A program made the position numbers and the translations under genes. A stretch of 64,000 nt of DNA from Basidiobolus meristosporus CBS 931.73 (Eukaryota > Fungi > Basidiobolomycota), in NCBI GenBank assembly GCA_002104905.1, contig MCFE01000041.1, positions 138,279-202,278 on the forward strand, read 5' to 3'. The notes below the pieces were generated by a model. That model saw only the letters and a list, made by a program, of their open reading frames with translations, ran no database searches and had not been told where the DNA came from. Below, in pieces: positions 25,001-37,667 of this stretch. How positions within the stretch are numbered: position 1 is the stretch's first letter; the number at the start of each line of letters is the position of its first letter.

Positions 25001-28000
25001 ATAAGCTTCTCCAAATCTATATCCTTGATGCGCTGTTGAAGGAGCTCACGGAAACCAGGGACTACCCACATGAGGAAGCTCGAGTGGAAGGGTACATCAA
25101 TTCCTACGTAATATTAGTACCAGGAGATAGTGAGTTAGGGAAAATTTGTACAAACCATTGAGGGGAATCGTGGCTGATCCACGAGTCAGGGAGAAAACTC
25201 CATTGACTTCTCTCTTACGCTTGGCAACTTCGACTTGGGTCTTGATAAGGGCAAGAACGTGCTCGAAAAGCTTTTCTTCACCCTGCTTTATAAGTTCTTT
25301 GATGTCGTTCTTCAACAGATTCAAGACCTTCTCCAACGCCTCCAAGGAGACAATATCTCCAGTAACTACATATTGTAGGTTTTCGACGTTGTGGTTGACA
25401 ATCTCCAATAGACTATCACTCTCGCTATTGGCTTTCACAATTGCTGATACAACTTCAGAGAAAAGTTTCTTTGAAAAACCAGGGTGGACTCGCAGTGGAT
25501 TCACAGCACACATCGCGTATTGTGATTCGCCAGCGGCATTGCGTTTGACAGCTGATTGCATCACTAAGCCACGATAGAAGACGACCTCAGTAAGAGTTTC
25601 AACTGAGAGAACATCGGCAATACAGGTCAGTGCCGCGTATTCTCCGAGACTGTGACCAGCAAATGGTGGATCCTGGCAGACAATACCCTTTGATCTCATA
25701 TCTTCGAGTGCGGCCTTCTCCATAAGAGTCAACGCCGGCTGGGTGAATTGAGTCGCGTTAAGAAGGCCGTTTGGACTTTTCCAGGTATGGAACATAGTAT
25801 GCTCGTCAATGTTGGGGAATAGACGCTTCTTATTGACCATACCGTTGTCATCAACAACCTCACAGCAGAGATTGATATAGTTTTGACGGATCTTAGCTCC
25901 ATTCTCATTCCCAAAGTACACGGTTACCTCCTTGGGGTTTCTGCGAACGATTTCTAGAATACTGACTCCATAATGGTCTTGTAAGTATTTGTCAGCAGAG
26001 TCCCAAACACCCTTGGCAATCGGTGAGCTAGCATAGAGATCCATTCCCATACCAACTTCCTGTGATCCTTGACCAGTGAACACATATGCTGTTGGTGGCT
26101 GTTCAACTAGCGCTTCGCCTTCTAAAACAGTTTCCTGAGTACGGAGGTTGATTGTTTGTACTCTGATGACCTTAAGTCCCTCCTTCATTCCGATGTGTGT
26201 GAGCTTTGTTTCAAGTGCATCTCCTGGAAGCACCATGCCAACAAATTGAACTTCATATCCACGGATACGACTGTGGACATTATTTGCAGCAAATGTTTCC
26301 ACAAAACGACGGGTAGCAGCGCTAGTCCACATTCCATGAGTAATGGGGCCGGGAAGTTCAGCAAGGTCAGCAAAATAGACGTTGGTGTGAATTGGGTTAA
26401 CATCTTCACTGGCCTGGGAATATCCCTCGTTGGTCGGAGGAGCATTCTGAAGAAGTCTTGTACCCGGAGGAACAATACTGTAGCCACCAGACTCGAATAA
26501 AATGGTCGAACCCTCGACTTGGCTATTTGGAGCACGGCCCAGGTATTGCAGCACTGGATTTCCCTGTATCGAGTCTCCAGAGGCCTGGAACGAAATCTCA
26601 CCAATTGCCTTTTCGCGCCTCTTCTCGATCTCGAATATTTTCCCAACGGTGTTAATCTTTGCAAACGAATGTTGATCAGCGAAGTACTCTTCAGTACGAA
26701 GTCTAAAGACGTAGGTCTTTTTGGCTTGAATGGCACAACCCTGGTAGCACTTCAACCAACTACGAGATCCCAATGCAGCAACATCTTTCTCCGACTCCGT
26801 GGTGATTTTTGTGACTGGTTCATCTCTTTTACGGAAAGTAAGATGATAATCGTCGAATTTTCCACGACATAAGAATTGGCTCTTCACGCGCATAATTTCT
26901 TCTCCTTCACGGTAAACATGTCCAGTTACTTCGATCATTTTTCCGCTTTCAAGGTTCACAACAGCAGAAATGGTGGACTCTGTATAGATTGTGTCACCGA
27001 CCTTCATAGGGTTTTTGGTATCAAGGATCTCAAATCCGTTACGCATGTGAACAAGTCTTGTAATATCGGTGTCGAACTCTTGTGAAAAGATCGTTTTAAA
27101 GACCGATTCCCAGGACGTAACGATGGCAAAATCACTAAAGGCAATGCCCTTTTGCGTGTTTCTTGAGGAGTAGCGCACAATATCGGCGAAGAATTCCAGA
27201 TGATCTTGAGTGATGGTTCTGGTGCTCTTGTATACGCTGTTCAAGGTGTTATCGGCCAATTTGTTGTTGCCAAACCAGAGCGTGTAAAAGAAATCCTTGA
27301 TTGATGCGTTCCTAGTTTCGATGACTTCATGGATTGGTGCGCATCCACGATCAGGCATATACCGGAACTTCAAAGAAAGTTCTTCAATTCCAAAGTTTCC
27401 GCCCTCTCGAAGAAGGATGCTGATTATCTCACTCTGGGCATCGAAACGGACCTCCAGACTTGGCTTGTCATTGCAACGTGCCCAACCATAGACATCGATC
27501 GACTCGATGTTTTGCATTTGGTCGTAACTTACGACAAACCGCTGGTTTGTACGTGGTCTAAAAACACGTGGGAAAGTATTTATGTCCACCTGCTTTCCGC
27601 GCACAATATTGGGAGATGTTAACAATGCACGGAACCAACTATAGTTCTTTCCGGCCAAGAACTCGATCCATTCGTCAGCAATTGGAAGAGATTCACTGTG
27701 GCTTCCAAGTTCGTAAGTAATAGTGCGGCCATTCTCGGATACAGTAAAGTTGACTCCGTTTGGTACGGTAGTGTGCTTGATTGGAGTTCCGCCCAAGTAT
27801 TCTTCGTACGGAATCTCGTTATTGGCATAAAAGCGTTCTTGAATGCTTTTGACGTGTGCAACTGCAATTTCGCCGAGAATCTCCTTAACGGGTTGATTGG
27901 CAATCTTGGAATGTCGGACAGCAACTGGTCCTTGAAGAATGACAACACGATCCGGGTCTTCTCCTGGAACAGCATCAATATCCTCTGCTTGCCAAAGACT

Positions 28001-31000
28001 GTCTCTCTTGAACCAGACGTGAAGTTCCTTGTCAAGAACGGCGACAAATGGTGGAGGCTTCTTATCTTTTCTACGGCAGAGGCCAACAAAATACTGAATA
28101 TCTTCGCTGGTGAGAAGCTGGTGCTTGGCTTGAGGATATTTCTCAAACAGCGCTTCAGTTAATAAAAATGGATCCTCCACATTGAGATCTTCAAAACTCT
28201 TAAGGAAGGGATCCCTGTCCGTAGTCTGTCCGATGAAGCGCTCTTCAATACGAGTGATTAAGTCACCAACAGTGTTTCTGTGGGATATATCAAGCCATTG
28301 CTTTCTCTTAGCAACAAATACAAGCTCGATGAGACGATTGAGAACTTCGCGGTACGTCATTTCTTCCAAGTCGACGTTATCACGGCCGTCCTCTTTCTTT
28401 CCGAACCACACCTTCTGGAAATCTTCATTTAAGCGACGAATAATGTACTCGCGCTTCGAAAGGATGGCCTCAAGTCGCTTATCCAAGTTGGTGATGGAAA
28501 AGATAGTATCGTCCATTTCTTTCCAGAAGAGAATACCACGGGTGGCAACATTATGAATTGGCTCACCATATTCGGATTCAACGGTCACTATGCCACCGGC
28601 TGGGCCTTGGTAGGTCTTTTCCCAGTCCTCATCACGTTCAACGCCTAGGGAATATTAGCGAATGATTGATGTGATGAAGGGATTCTAGTGTTACCTGGAG
28701 TTTGAACAATCAAATCCTTGATCTTGTCACTCGTTTTTGCTTCTTTTGCGACGCACATTCTTGTTCCAAAGAGAATTCCATCAAAAGGCATTGGAGCGTA
28801 TCCAAATTTTTTACTCCAGTCGCCTGTGATGTATGGAAGCGTGCCTTCAGCGTCTCCAAATCCCGATCCGATAATGAGGACAATGTTAGGTTGACTTCTG
28901 ATATAACCGTAAGTCTCGAGGATTGGAGCGTGGATATCTTCGTAAGAGTGATGACCGCCTGAACGACCACCAGTCCATTGCAAGATGATTGGCATCTTGG
29001 GGTTTTGTGCAGCAATGAGACAAACCTAAGGGATTACATTAGTATGATACCTCACACAAGCACGAAGGAGTATTCATTACCTGGCGAATACTATCCTCGC
29101 TATCAGGCTTAAAAGAGACATGCTCAATTCCGTTCTCTTGCAATTCCGCGCACATTTTGTTTGCATACTCCGTGGTTGGAACACCAGCTGCGACACAAAC
29201 GCCAGCGATTCGAATTCCCTCTCTCTTTCTCATGTTCAGAATACCTGGGAATTGGAATGACCACAGGAATTGGTTAATGAACACCATATTGCAAACAATC
29301 CCTTCACCCGCAGCGATAGATTCTTGAATGGAAACAATGCAATCGTGAAGAACCTGCGAGGGAATTAGAGTTTGCAAGCAAATGGGGATCTAGAAACTGT
29401 GTGCTACCTTTGGACTGTACAAAGCCCCACATCCGACTTCCACATTGTAACCGGCATTAGTGACAGCGCTTACAAATTCCGCGTTGGCAGTCGTTGGAGT
29501 CATACCACCGACCAGCAGTGGTGGTTTCCCGGTAAGGCGAGAGTATTTTGTATCAAGTCTTACGCTACCATCTCTGGTACGAACTAGCTTAGGACCGAAT
29601 TCTTTTGCCCAATTGACACCGACGCGCATCTGGTCAACCGAGGTATTGTAAACCGCAGCTTTGCATTTAAGATCGGCGTTAGTACTGACAAGCATACCGG
29701 CAAGCAAAACCTAGCAAGATAATTTAGAGAAGTGGATTTGTAGAAAGCCAGCATACAACTTACCAATACGCCATGGCCCTCCTTGTTTCTATGGGTCAAC
29801 ATCCCTGCACCACTGACACCGCCAGGGCCGAAATCAACAACATGAGTGATTCCATTGATGTTGGTGGCCTTTTGCCAGTGTACTCGGTTAACGCACACTT
29901 GATCAATGAGGTAGTTGGTAATCGCATCGCATTCACGCATATCGACACCAGTGTCAATGGAGAATACCGGAATGGCAATGTCCTCCTTCCTGAAGGAAAG
30001 ACCGAAAAATTCGGCATCTTGGGCAATGACGATAGTTGCCGGACGAAGCAATTCGTTATGCGCCGGGATGGTGACAGGCATGAATCTAAAGAAGATGAGA
30101 CTCTTGTCGTTTGAAACTTCAAATACAACTGGACAAACCTAGTGGTAAAGTTCTTGAGACGCTTGGAGTATGTAATCTTGGTTTCCTTCTTCTCTGGGTT
30201 GGCTTTGATCTTGTTGAGGGCACGATTCAGGCTCCAAAGACTCTCAGGGGCACCAGTGCAGGCAATGAGTCGGACTCCATTGATGAGGGAAATGGTGATA
30301 CGCTTTTCGGCATCAGCTTCGATCAAACATGAATTGAAGTTGTTGACATGCTTTTCCACCTCAGCCAAGGTTAGCCCATTGATACTGAGCATGCAGGTGG
30401 GTTCATCGAGGTTTTCAGAGGTGCACTCTTGAAGAATTTCCCCGGGAATTGGAGTAATAGGATAGGCTTGCTGGCACCTGGTTCCGATCCAGAAAAGAAG
30501 AGAGACGGCCTTTCTTGAATTTTTGAAGAAGTCATCTTCTGTTTCTGATGATGCAATTGCAACTGCCGAGACAATACCCTGGGAATGGCCGGTGACGCCT
30601 GATAGGGTGTTAGTAGGGAACTCGACAAAATATAGAGAGTTAATTTACCTGTTTTAAATTGGTTTTTCATCCAGCCAGGTGTTTTTCTGAATGCTCTGCA
30701 GAGAATGTAGTAGTGCGCCAATTGCACCAAACCGATCATTGGGAAGGTGACAGGGGCGGTTTCGAGGAACTTGCCATTAGGCATGTCAGTGTCCGGATGC
30801 TCAAGCCACGAAAGGATGTTGAATCCGTGAGGGTACAGTCTACAAACGGATTCACATTTCGCCAGTTCACTCAACGCCTCAGAAATTCTCGTGATGAATG
30901 GGGAAACCAAATCGGAGTAGTACTCCCAGACTTCCTGGAGCTCTCTGAAGGATCCTGTATTACCTTGACCTCCGAAGATCGCAAAGGGGGAGGCGATACC

Positions 31001-31471
31001 AGAATCTGCTGCGCTAAAAATGGCAGGGCATTCAGGCAATGGTGTATCTGGATCCAGGCAGTCGTTAACCTCGAAGTAGTTTAGAAGTTGGAAGTATGTC
31101 TGAAGGATGGATTTTCGGATTTCACGGCCGTATGCACGGGTGACGAAGTGAATCTCATTCTTCTGAAGGAAACGCTCGCAGAAATCGGCAAACAGTTTGG
31201 AGGCAAGGTAGAGTGAGTCTGGCTCGCAGGCGGAAAGAACATATTTGATGAAGATCAGGTATATCCAAATGGTTTTTTGAGATGGTTCGGGAGATTCAAA
31301 GGACTCGGTATCCAGCGGCACTGAGTTGAAGCCGTGAATTAGTCGCTCGGCGGTGGCATGAAAATGATCAGCGACGTTGATGGAGACAGAGAATGCATTT
31401 GGTGACTCTGGAGTAACTCGCTGCACAACCAGCAAGCGCGAGGTATTTTCGGGAGATTTTACAACAACCAT
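19003..31471 (-). CDS. FAS: Single-chain (fused beta-alpha) fungal type I fatty acid synthase: AT-ER-DH-MPT-ACP-KR-KS-PPT, about 16 introns
   Basis: Domain motifs in order: AT (FGGQG ~30970, TGHSQG ~30590), ER ([12 protein letters not shown] ~28960), DH (EDVNPIH, ITHGMW ~26340-26400), MPT ([26 protein letters not shown]), ACP (GGKSTLQNE ~24360), KR ([17 protein letters not shown]), KS ([26 protein letters not shown]) and PPT ([20 protein letters not shown]). The MPT region reads straight into the ACP region (only an ordinary spliceable intron at ~25100-25150), so there is no FAS1/FAS2 split. All introns resolved were GT-AG. Confidence 0.97.
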
Positions 31472-34400
31472 TATAAAGAGTAGCTTTCAAGATGTAGAAT
31501 GTTGGAATGACTATGAAACCGAGGCAGATAATGTATAGAGCGAGTTGAGCAACCACAGTAAAGACAACAGTTGGATGCTTGATGCTTCTCGTGTGTGATT
31601 TGTTTTTTCGAATTGAAGCTCAACGGAAGGAATATATATAGCTCTGACCCAATTTCTTCTGGCTGGAAACAATACGATGTGATTGCGAATTAACTCTTGA
31701 GCCAAAAATGGCAGACGCTTGACAGCGACTTGGTAGCCAATGGGATCCCGCCAGATTTCCTTGGACCTAAAACAAGCAGGTTTGAAGGTCAGGCGAGCAT
31801 GCTATGGCAAATCAGAGGGCGAGAGATTTTTGGAGGATCAAATAGCAGCAGAGCGCTGAGGCCCAATTTTGCCATCATATTCCCAAAAATATTCCGAACA
31901 ATCCACAAGTGGTAAAGCACAGATGGTTAATTTTACCAGTGCTAATAATGATTTGTATGCTACCAATGCCCAGATTCAATGGGATTCGTGTTCCATGGTC
32001 ATTCGCCTCGATGGGTTCAGTGAGTATATGAACAAGATGCACCTAGGTCCAGAAGCGATGATACCACTCGTGTGATCTGCTTTAACCAGTAGAAACCTCG
32101 GACCTTCGAAGGGTGCGAGAACTACGACTTCCCATAACGAGTTTCAAGCACAGGCCCCAAGATATGCCACTTCCATACCCACGTTCGATTTGGCTTCAGA
32201 GACGCTTCTCCTGTGTTCTCGTAAGGTTTGTAAATCAACCGGTGATGACAGCGAAAGTGACACAGTCCTCGCCACCCTCAGTACAATGCCAGTCTTCGCA
32301 TACTGTGACGGTACCAAATATTACGTATTTTCGGTATGGTTTGACAGAATTATTCCAAATATGGTATCTGGACGGCTAGATTGCATGACTTAGGGGCTCG
32401 GCCTGATGAAGCCTGCCATGCCAACAGACTAGAGTACGATAAGCGATTGAAGATTGATACAGCGGTTTAGATCATACATAGTATATTGTGTAACTGGATG
32501 TAGTTGTTATCATCTACGCTTAGTGAATACGGTATTATTGCAAGGAAACTAAATAATGCTCAAACTGCGTAAGTTGGATCGAGTCTGGTCTCGTGTATCT
32601 GAAATACAATGACCAGATGCCACGTTGAGCCTCAAAGCAGACCAATGCTTACATGGTAATACTTAGTTTTATTCTAATATGAAAGTATCGAGATCAGCCT
32701 GTGCTCAACGAAGATAACGTCTAGGGCGCCAAGATTTTCCAAGCAGCGCAAACAGCTTTAAACTATTACTTGATACTTCTACAGCTCAGTCTTACGCTAT
32801 TTTCGATATCTGGCGAAAAAAATGGTGCTTCGTCCTATGCCCAGAGTTGGCCGACAAATCAATTCCTGTGGGAGTAAGAGGGTAATACTACAGTACTCAA
32901 TGAACCATTGGATAGCAGGAAGCCTCTCGTTAGGTTTATTGTCAACGACATAACCATGATCCTTGCTTTCCCATCATTTCCGGTCCCCTAATCCGTATTC
33001 GTCAATACCGCATTGTCTTTGCCAAGTAGGATTAGGAAATCAAAATCCGATTTTCATCCTGTAGTATTGGGATATGAGACCATCAGTTGACCTTCTCATC
33101 CGATCTTACATCCCTAGGCATGATAGACAGTTCATGCTACCACATCAGCTTCATCGGAACTGGTGGAAGATACTCTTGTTGTTAGTATCATGTATTTAAT
33201 TCTGTGCATAATGAGGATGCATGCGCAGTGAATTAGCATTGTCAATATGGTTGATGCCGAGTGGTCTCATCTATTCAAAAGGGTTTATTGAGTTAGTGTT
33301 ATGGTATTCAATTCTCGACACCAACCAGTTGGTCAGGGCTGAACCAATGCTGATTGCTGAGATAACGAGGGTGGCTTTGTTTCCTGCGTCCCAGACTACG
33401 AATGTAGGATTGGGAATGATAGCAGATGATCAAATTGGTGACAATGAAACACAAGGTATCAATATTAGCCAGAACTATTCCTATGGCTAAGTTGGCCATG
33501 ATTACACAATAAAATAGACAGGCATCATTGGGTATGTCCGTATAAAGCAACTCAAGCAACAGTATGCGTCTACTAAGCACCGATTACTCCCACCAGCAAC
33601 ATCAGCCAAATGTACACTACCTGTAACACTGAAGGATCTGGTGAGTTTAGGATCTTCAAATGTCTATGACCACACAAGTGTGCCAGGGACACTGCATGTA
33701 TTTGTGATACGATCTGCGCCCACACGACGTATACAAAGACCCAGGGCTGGATGAGTGCTGCAATGGACACTGCTATGGTAGTACACGGTGTTCTAGAGAC
33801 GTCAGCATTGGCTCGGTAGTCCGAACTAAAACAGAGATCTGGTAGATATCCATTCCCGACAACAACCTTAAAATTGCCTCCGAGATTACACGTAATATCG
33901 GCACTGAGGTTGATGAGTCTAGAGGAAGTACGTAGAGGAGCACCGCAGCACCAATGAAAACCACCTCATATTAAGTGTGATGACAAATTCAAAGAGCCTT
34001 ACTGGTCAATTCCCAATTGTCAACTTCATCCATGAATAGATACGTGGCACCGACTAGCCCAACTCAATACCTAGCCAATATCTGGTAAAGCAAAGCCAAA
34101 TTTGGAGGTGAAGATGGACGGTATCAAGAGTCGGATATACTGCATTGTTTGCAACTATGTCACACAGGATCACTTCCCAAAAATAGCAGTGTGATTTTCA
34201 AGCTCGTAGATGGTTCCACCAAGAGCGATCCACGTGTTCCCACAATAACAGGCCAACAACATCACACTCTAGGCGGATCGGATGGTGATTCCATTTCGTA
34301 TATGTGATTCCTCAGAATCCCCGAAATCGTCAGAAACGTGCTCTGAATAAATGTCTTGTCTGAAACTGCACTACACCCTACTTGCCACCAACATGGCCTG

Positions 34401-35107
34401 GGTAATCAAAGAGTGGTCAGCAACAAATGTGGTATTGTACGAATATGACTCGATGCATAGAATACGAGGAGGGATGGTTACTTGATTTCAATCTAACGTG
34501 TCGGCAAGAGAGCTATTCCCACTCTTCAAAGCATTATCATTTATTGTCAGCCGATATATTTGTGGCTAGGTCTCTGGTGAAAATGCTCTCATGTGTGCCG
34601 AATACTGGATGAGATTGGCCGACCCCTGGGACCTTTGGGCCTTGGCCAATCCTAACTCCACTGCAACTGGTTAGCTCAAGCACGGATTAGGATCTGAAGT
34701 GGTTTTCTAAAAACAATTTCGAATTATCCATTAGTGTGCCTCTCCATGATGTATCTGATTTTTCGAGACCCTACCCAACTCTTTATTAGTGCGTAAATCT
34801 ACTTTCATCGGAGCTTTGATGGTCTGAGTAACTTGTAATGAGTCATCATGCACATCCTGATCAAATTAATCGATTGTTTGCTGATCAAATATACCTGTAA
34901 TCACATAAACAATGCTCATTAATCAGTTGGTTGTAGTCCTCTTGACGCCCTTAGTTCTTAACAGCAAGGTCAAATATTTAAATCAAAGTAGGATTACTAT
35001 CTCATATGTAAAGTTACTTTTCCCTAGTAAAGTTTTAGGCTTGGAGTTTCTTGAACCTCTTGAGCCTTTGGCTATCAGCTTATGATGATCTCACCTTCCT
35101 CCCCATA

Positions 35108-35215
35108 CCCTATGGAATATATTGGATTTGGTTTTATATGATATTCTGCTAATATTTTACTGCAATTCCTCTAGTATTCTGCTGATGTTCTGCTGGCATC
35201 AAGCTCCTTAAGAGT
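35108..35215 (-). repeat. Degenerate inverted fragment of the MITE-like element's right end
   Basis: Begins CCCTATGGAATAT and carries decayed GCTGGTATT-like motifs (GTATTCTGCTGATGTTCTGCTGG). It resembles the reverse complement of the 3' end of the copy at 36108-36417. Confidence 0.45.
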
Positions 35216-36107
35216 CTGCCTCCAGTAAGGAAGAGAGCTTTAAACAAGCTGTAAGGAAATAGCAGTCACTGGGAAGAGTGCTAATATGTCAACAGCAGGC
35301 AAAATAAAATCATCATCCCGGCATCTTCTAAGCAGCAGATATAGTCAATACAAGATGCATCAAGTTAGTGTAGCAGTGATGGCTCTGGCAGTAGTAAATG
35401 CCGCAAGTTTTGTAATACACCAAGCTAATCCATTAACTTGGCCACTTTCGTCATATTCTTGGAATCTTAAAATATCTTGTTCAAGTTCTTTGTTGGAATT
35501 TACTTGGAATATTCTACTACTAAAGGCGTAAGACATGCAGTAGTAAGTGTTATGAGCCAGGATGCATCATATTCCATGATGGCCATGGATAACTATCAAG
35601 AAGACTGTTGCAAAATTCTAGGAAGTATCAGAAGTGATTAGAGTGCTAGATGAGCTACATGAACCTGATAAAATAACAAGAAAGTCTCAAGTAAAGTATA
35701 TATACTTTCAGAGAAACTTTGTAAACTAATTATAAGTGTGCTTCAAGAAAGATCCCAGGAATCTGTGTGCAACATTTGGGGGTATTTGTACAAGCTTGAA
35801 ATATTGTTAACCTACAAACCTTCACCAATTCTCAAAAATAATTACTAGTTTACAAACTAAACCTTGGGTAAATAACTCATAACTTTGCAATAAGCCAGGT
35901 AGAATCTTACACTATATGAATGGTCAAAATGTAAACTAAATGATACAACAGCTGTCACTTGATGATGTATTGAACATATATACTATTACATGGTCTTGGC
36001 AAGACAGACTCCCAGAATGTGCTTAGGAAAGTCCCAAGAATATGTGTGAGAAGTATGAGGCTGCTTGGACAGATTTGAGATTTTTTACTTCCTGGACCTC
36101 CAATATT

Positions 36108-36417
36108 CCCTAAGAAAAAAAATTGAGAAAAGGCCAGCAAAATACCATCATAGTATCAGCTGAATTCCAAGGTTCTCAAAATTGACAACTCTCAATATCT
36201 CTGTTCAGAGCTGATGTGCAGGCAAGCAGACAAGTTCTCCAGGAGGAGACTAGGCAAACTAGCATCCATACCAAATTTGGTAATTAGCTGCCCATTACTT
36301 CCATCAAAAATTGCATTTGAAATTTTGAACCCAAAACACCAGCTGAATACCAGCAAAATACCAGCAGAATACCAGCTAGAAATCAGATGAATTCCAAGTT
36401 TGAAATTTTTCATAGGG
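36108..36417 (+). mobile_element. MITE-like non-autonomous element, copy A (310 bp)
   Basis: Ends are CCCTAAGAAAAA...TTTTTCATAGGG (imperfect ~12-bp TIR). Aligns by eye over its full length with 57614-57909 and with both halves of 37086-37667. Subterminal AATACCAGC-type repeats. Confidence 0.75.
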
Positions 36418-36419
36418 AT

Positions 36420-36490
36420 TATGGTTGGATATCCCAGGTAAATCTCAACTGGAAATATGGCCAGATTTCTTCAAGATTTTAGACTAAGAT
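36420..36490 (-). repeat. Inverted fragment of a second repeat family (B)
   Basis: GGATATCCCAGGTAAATC..GGAAATATGGCCAGATTTCTTCAAGATTTTAGAC matches the reverse complement of ~37340-37405. Confidence 0.5.
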
Positions 36491-37085
36491 CTTAGTGAAC
36501 CCTTGACTCTAATTAAAGATTCTACAGCAAGTATACTGCAAGATTGTAATAAATATAAAATAAGATTATGCAAATCACATGAATAGCATTGTGACAAGTC
36601 TTCAATTTTGAATAGAGCACTGCAGATTTTCCTTTTTATTTGATATCTGATGTAAAAACCAGATCTTCAACACCACTGGAGCTTAGTTTGTGAGATGTCT
36701 GCTAGTGTGATGATTTGTGAGTGTTGAAAATTTCCAGAACTCTGGCTTATCCAGAAGACCATAAACTATGCTTCATGTCAAGTTGCTTAATTGTCTTGTC
36801 ACTTTATCAAGTTGCATTGGAAGCATAACTATTTGTTGTGTCTGATGTAATGAATCAGTGAGAACTAGACTTCCATTGATTCCAAAGCATGGTATAGTAT
36901 GTAGAATGTTCTAGATGATAGAGTCAAAGACTGATCCTATAATAGGAGGACTGGTCCTTGCAAATGTTGAATATATAATCAATGACAAGAATATGGGTAC
37001 AAGGCTCTGTGTAAATAAAAGATCTTGAGAAAGTGATGAGTATACAAGCAGTTCACCACAGGCATACAACACTTAAACAAAATTA

Positions 37086-37667
37086 CCCTAAGAAAATATT
37101 TAATAAAAGGCCAGCAGATTGCCATCATATATATCAGTGGAATTCCAAGTCTCTAAGATTACAACACTCAATATCTCAGGTACTAGCTATTTGGCAGGCA
37201 ACCAGACATTTTCTAGGAGAAGACTAGGCTAAGTAGCACTTATGCCAAACTTGGTAATAAGCTAATCTCTACTTTCACAAAGTATTGTAGTAGATTTTGC
37301 AACTACACCTAAATATTTACCTAACTTTGTCACCTGGATTACTGTCTATAAATCTTCAAGAATTCTGGTCAAATTCCTTGTCAGGATTTGCTTGGAATAT
37401 TCTCACCAAAACATCAGGTACCCAAGACATGAAACATCTCAAAGTTGTATGACCATTTAGGAGTATAAATGCTACTTTCAACAAATCATCAAGTGAGAAC
37501 CACATAGTCTACTTGTTCTCTCAAACACTTCCTATATCTCCAAGACTCTTATAACAAGAATTACAACTAAAATTTTGAAAGAAGAACACTAGCTGATTGC
37601 CAGCAAAATACTATCAGAATACCACCAGGTTATCAGATGAATTCCAAGTCTGGGATTTTTCATAGGG
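37086..37667 (+). mobile_element. MITE-like element, copy B, interrupted by a ~270-bp insertion
   Basis: Starts CCCTAAGAAAAT and ends ATTTTTCATAGGG. About 37086-37280 matches the 5' part of copies A and C, and about 37550-37667 matches their 3' part. Confidence 0.7.
37280..37550 (+). repeat. Family-B repeat inserted inside MITE copy B (boundaries approximate)
   Basis: GGAATATTCTCACCAAAACATCAGGTACCCAAGACATGAAACATCTCAAAGTTGT (~37394-37448) matches GAATACTTCACCCAAATATCAGTTTCCAGAACATGAAAAATTTCAAGGTTGT (~58205-58256). Confidence 0.5.

Noticed and set aside
19182-31084. Many 60-200 aa ORFs on the + strand or in alternative frames over FAS
   Set aside because: Antisense or off-frame artefacts of a long coding gene.
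31697-34700. Short ORFs, some hydrophobic, upstream of FAS
   Set aside because: Frequent stops and no motif continuity; a decayed membrane-protein gene is possible but unsupported.
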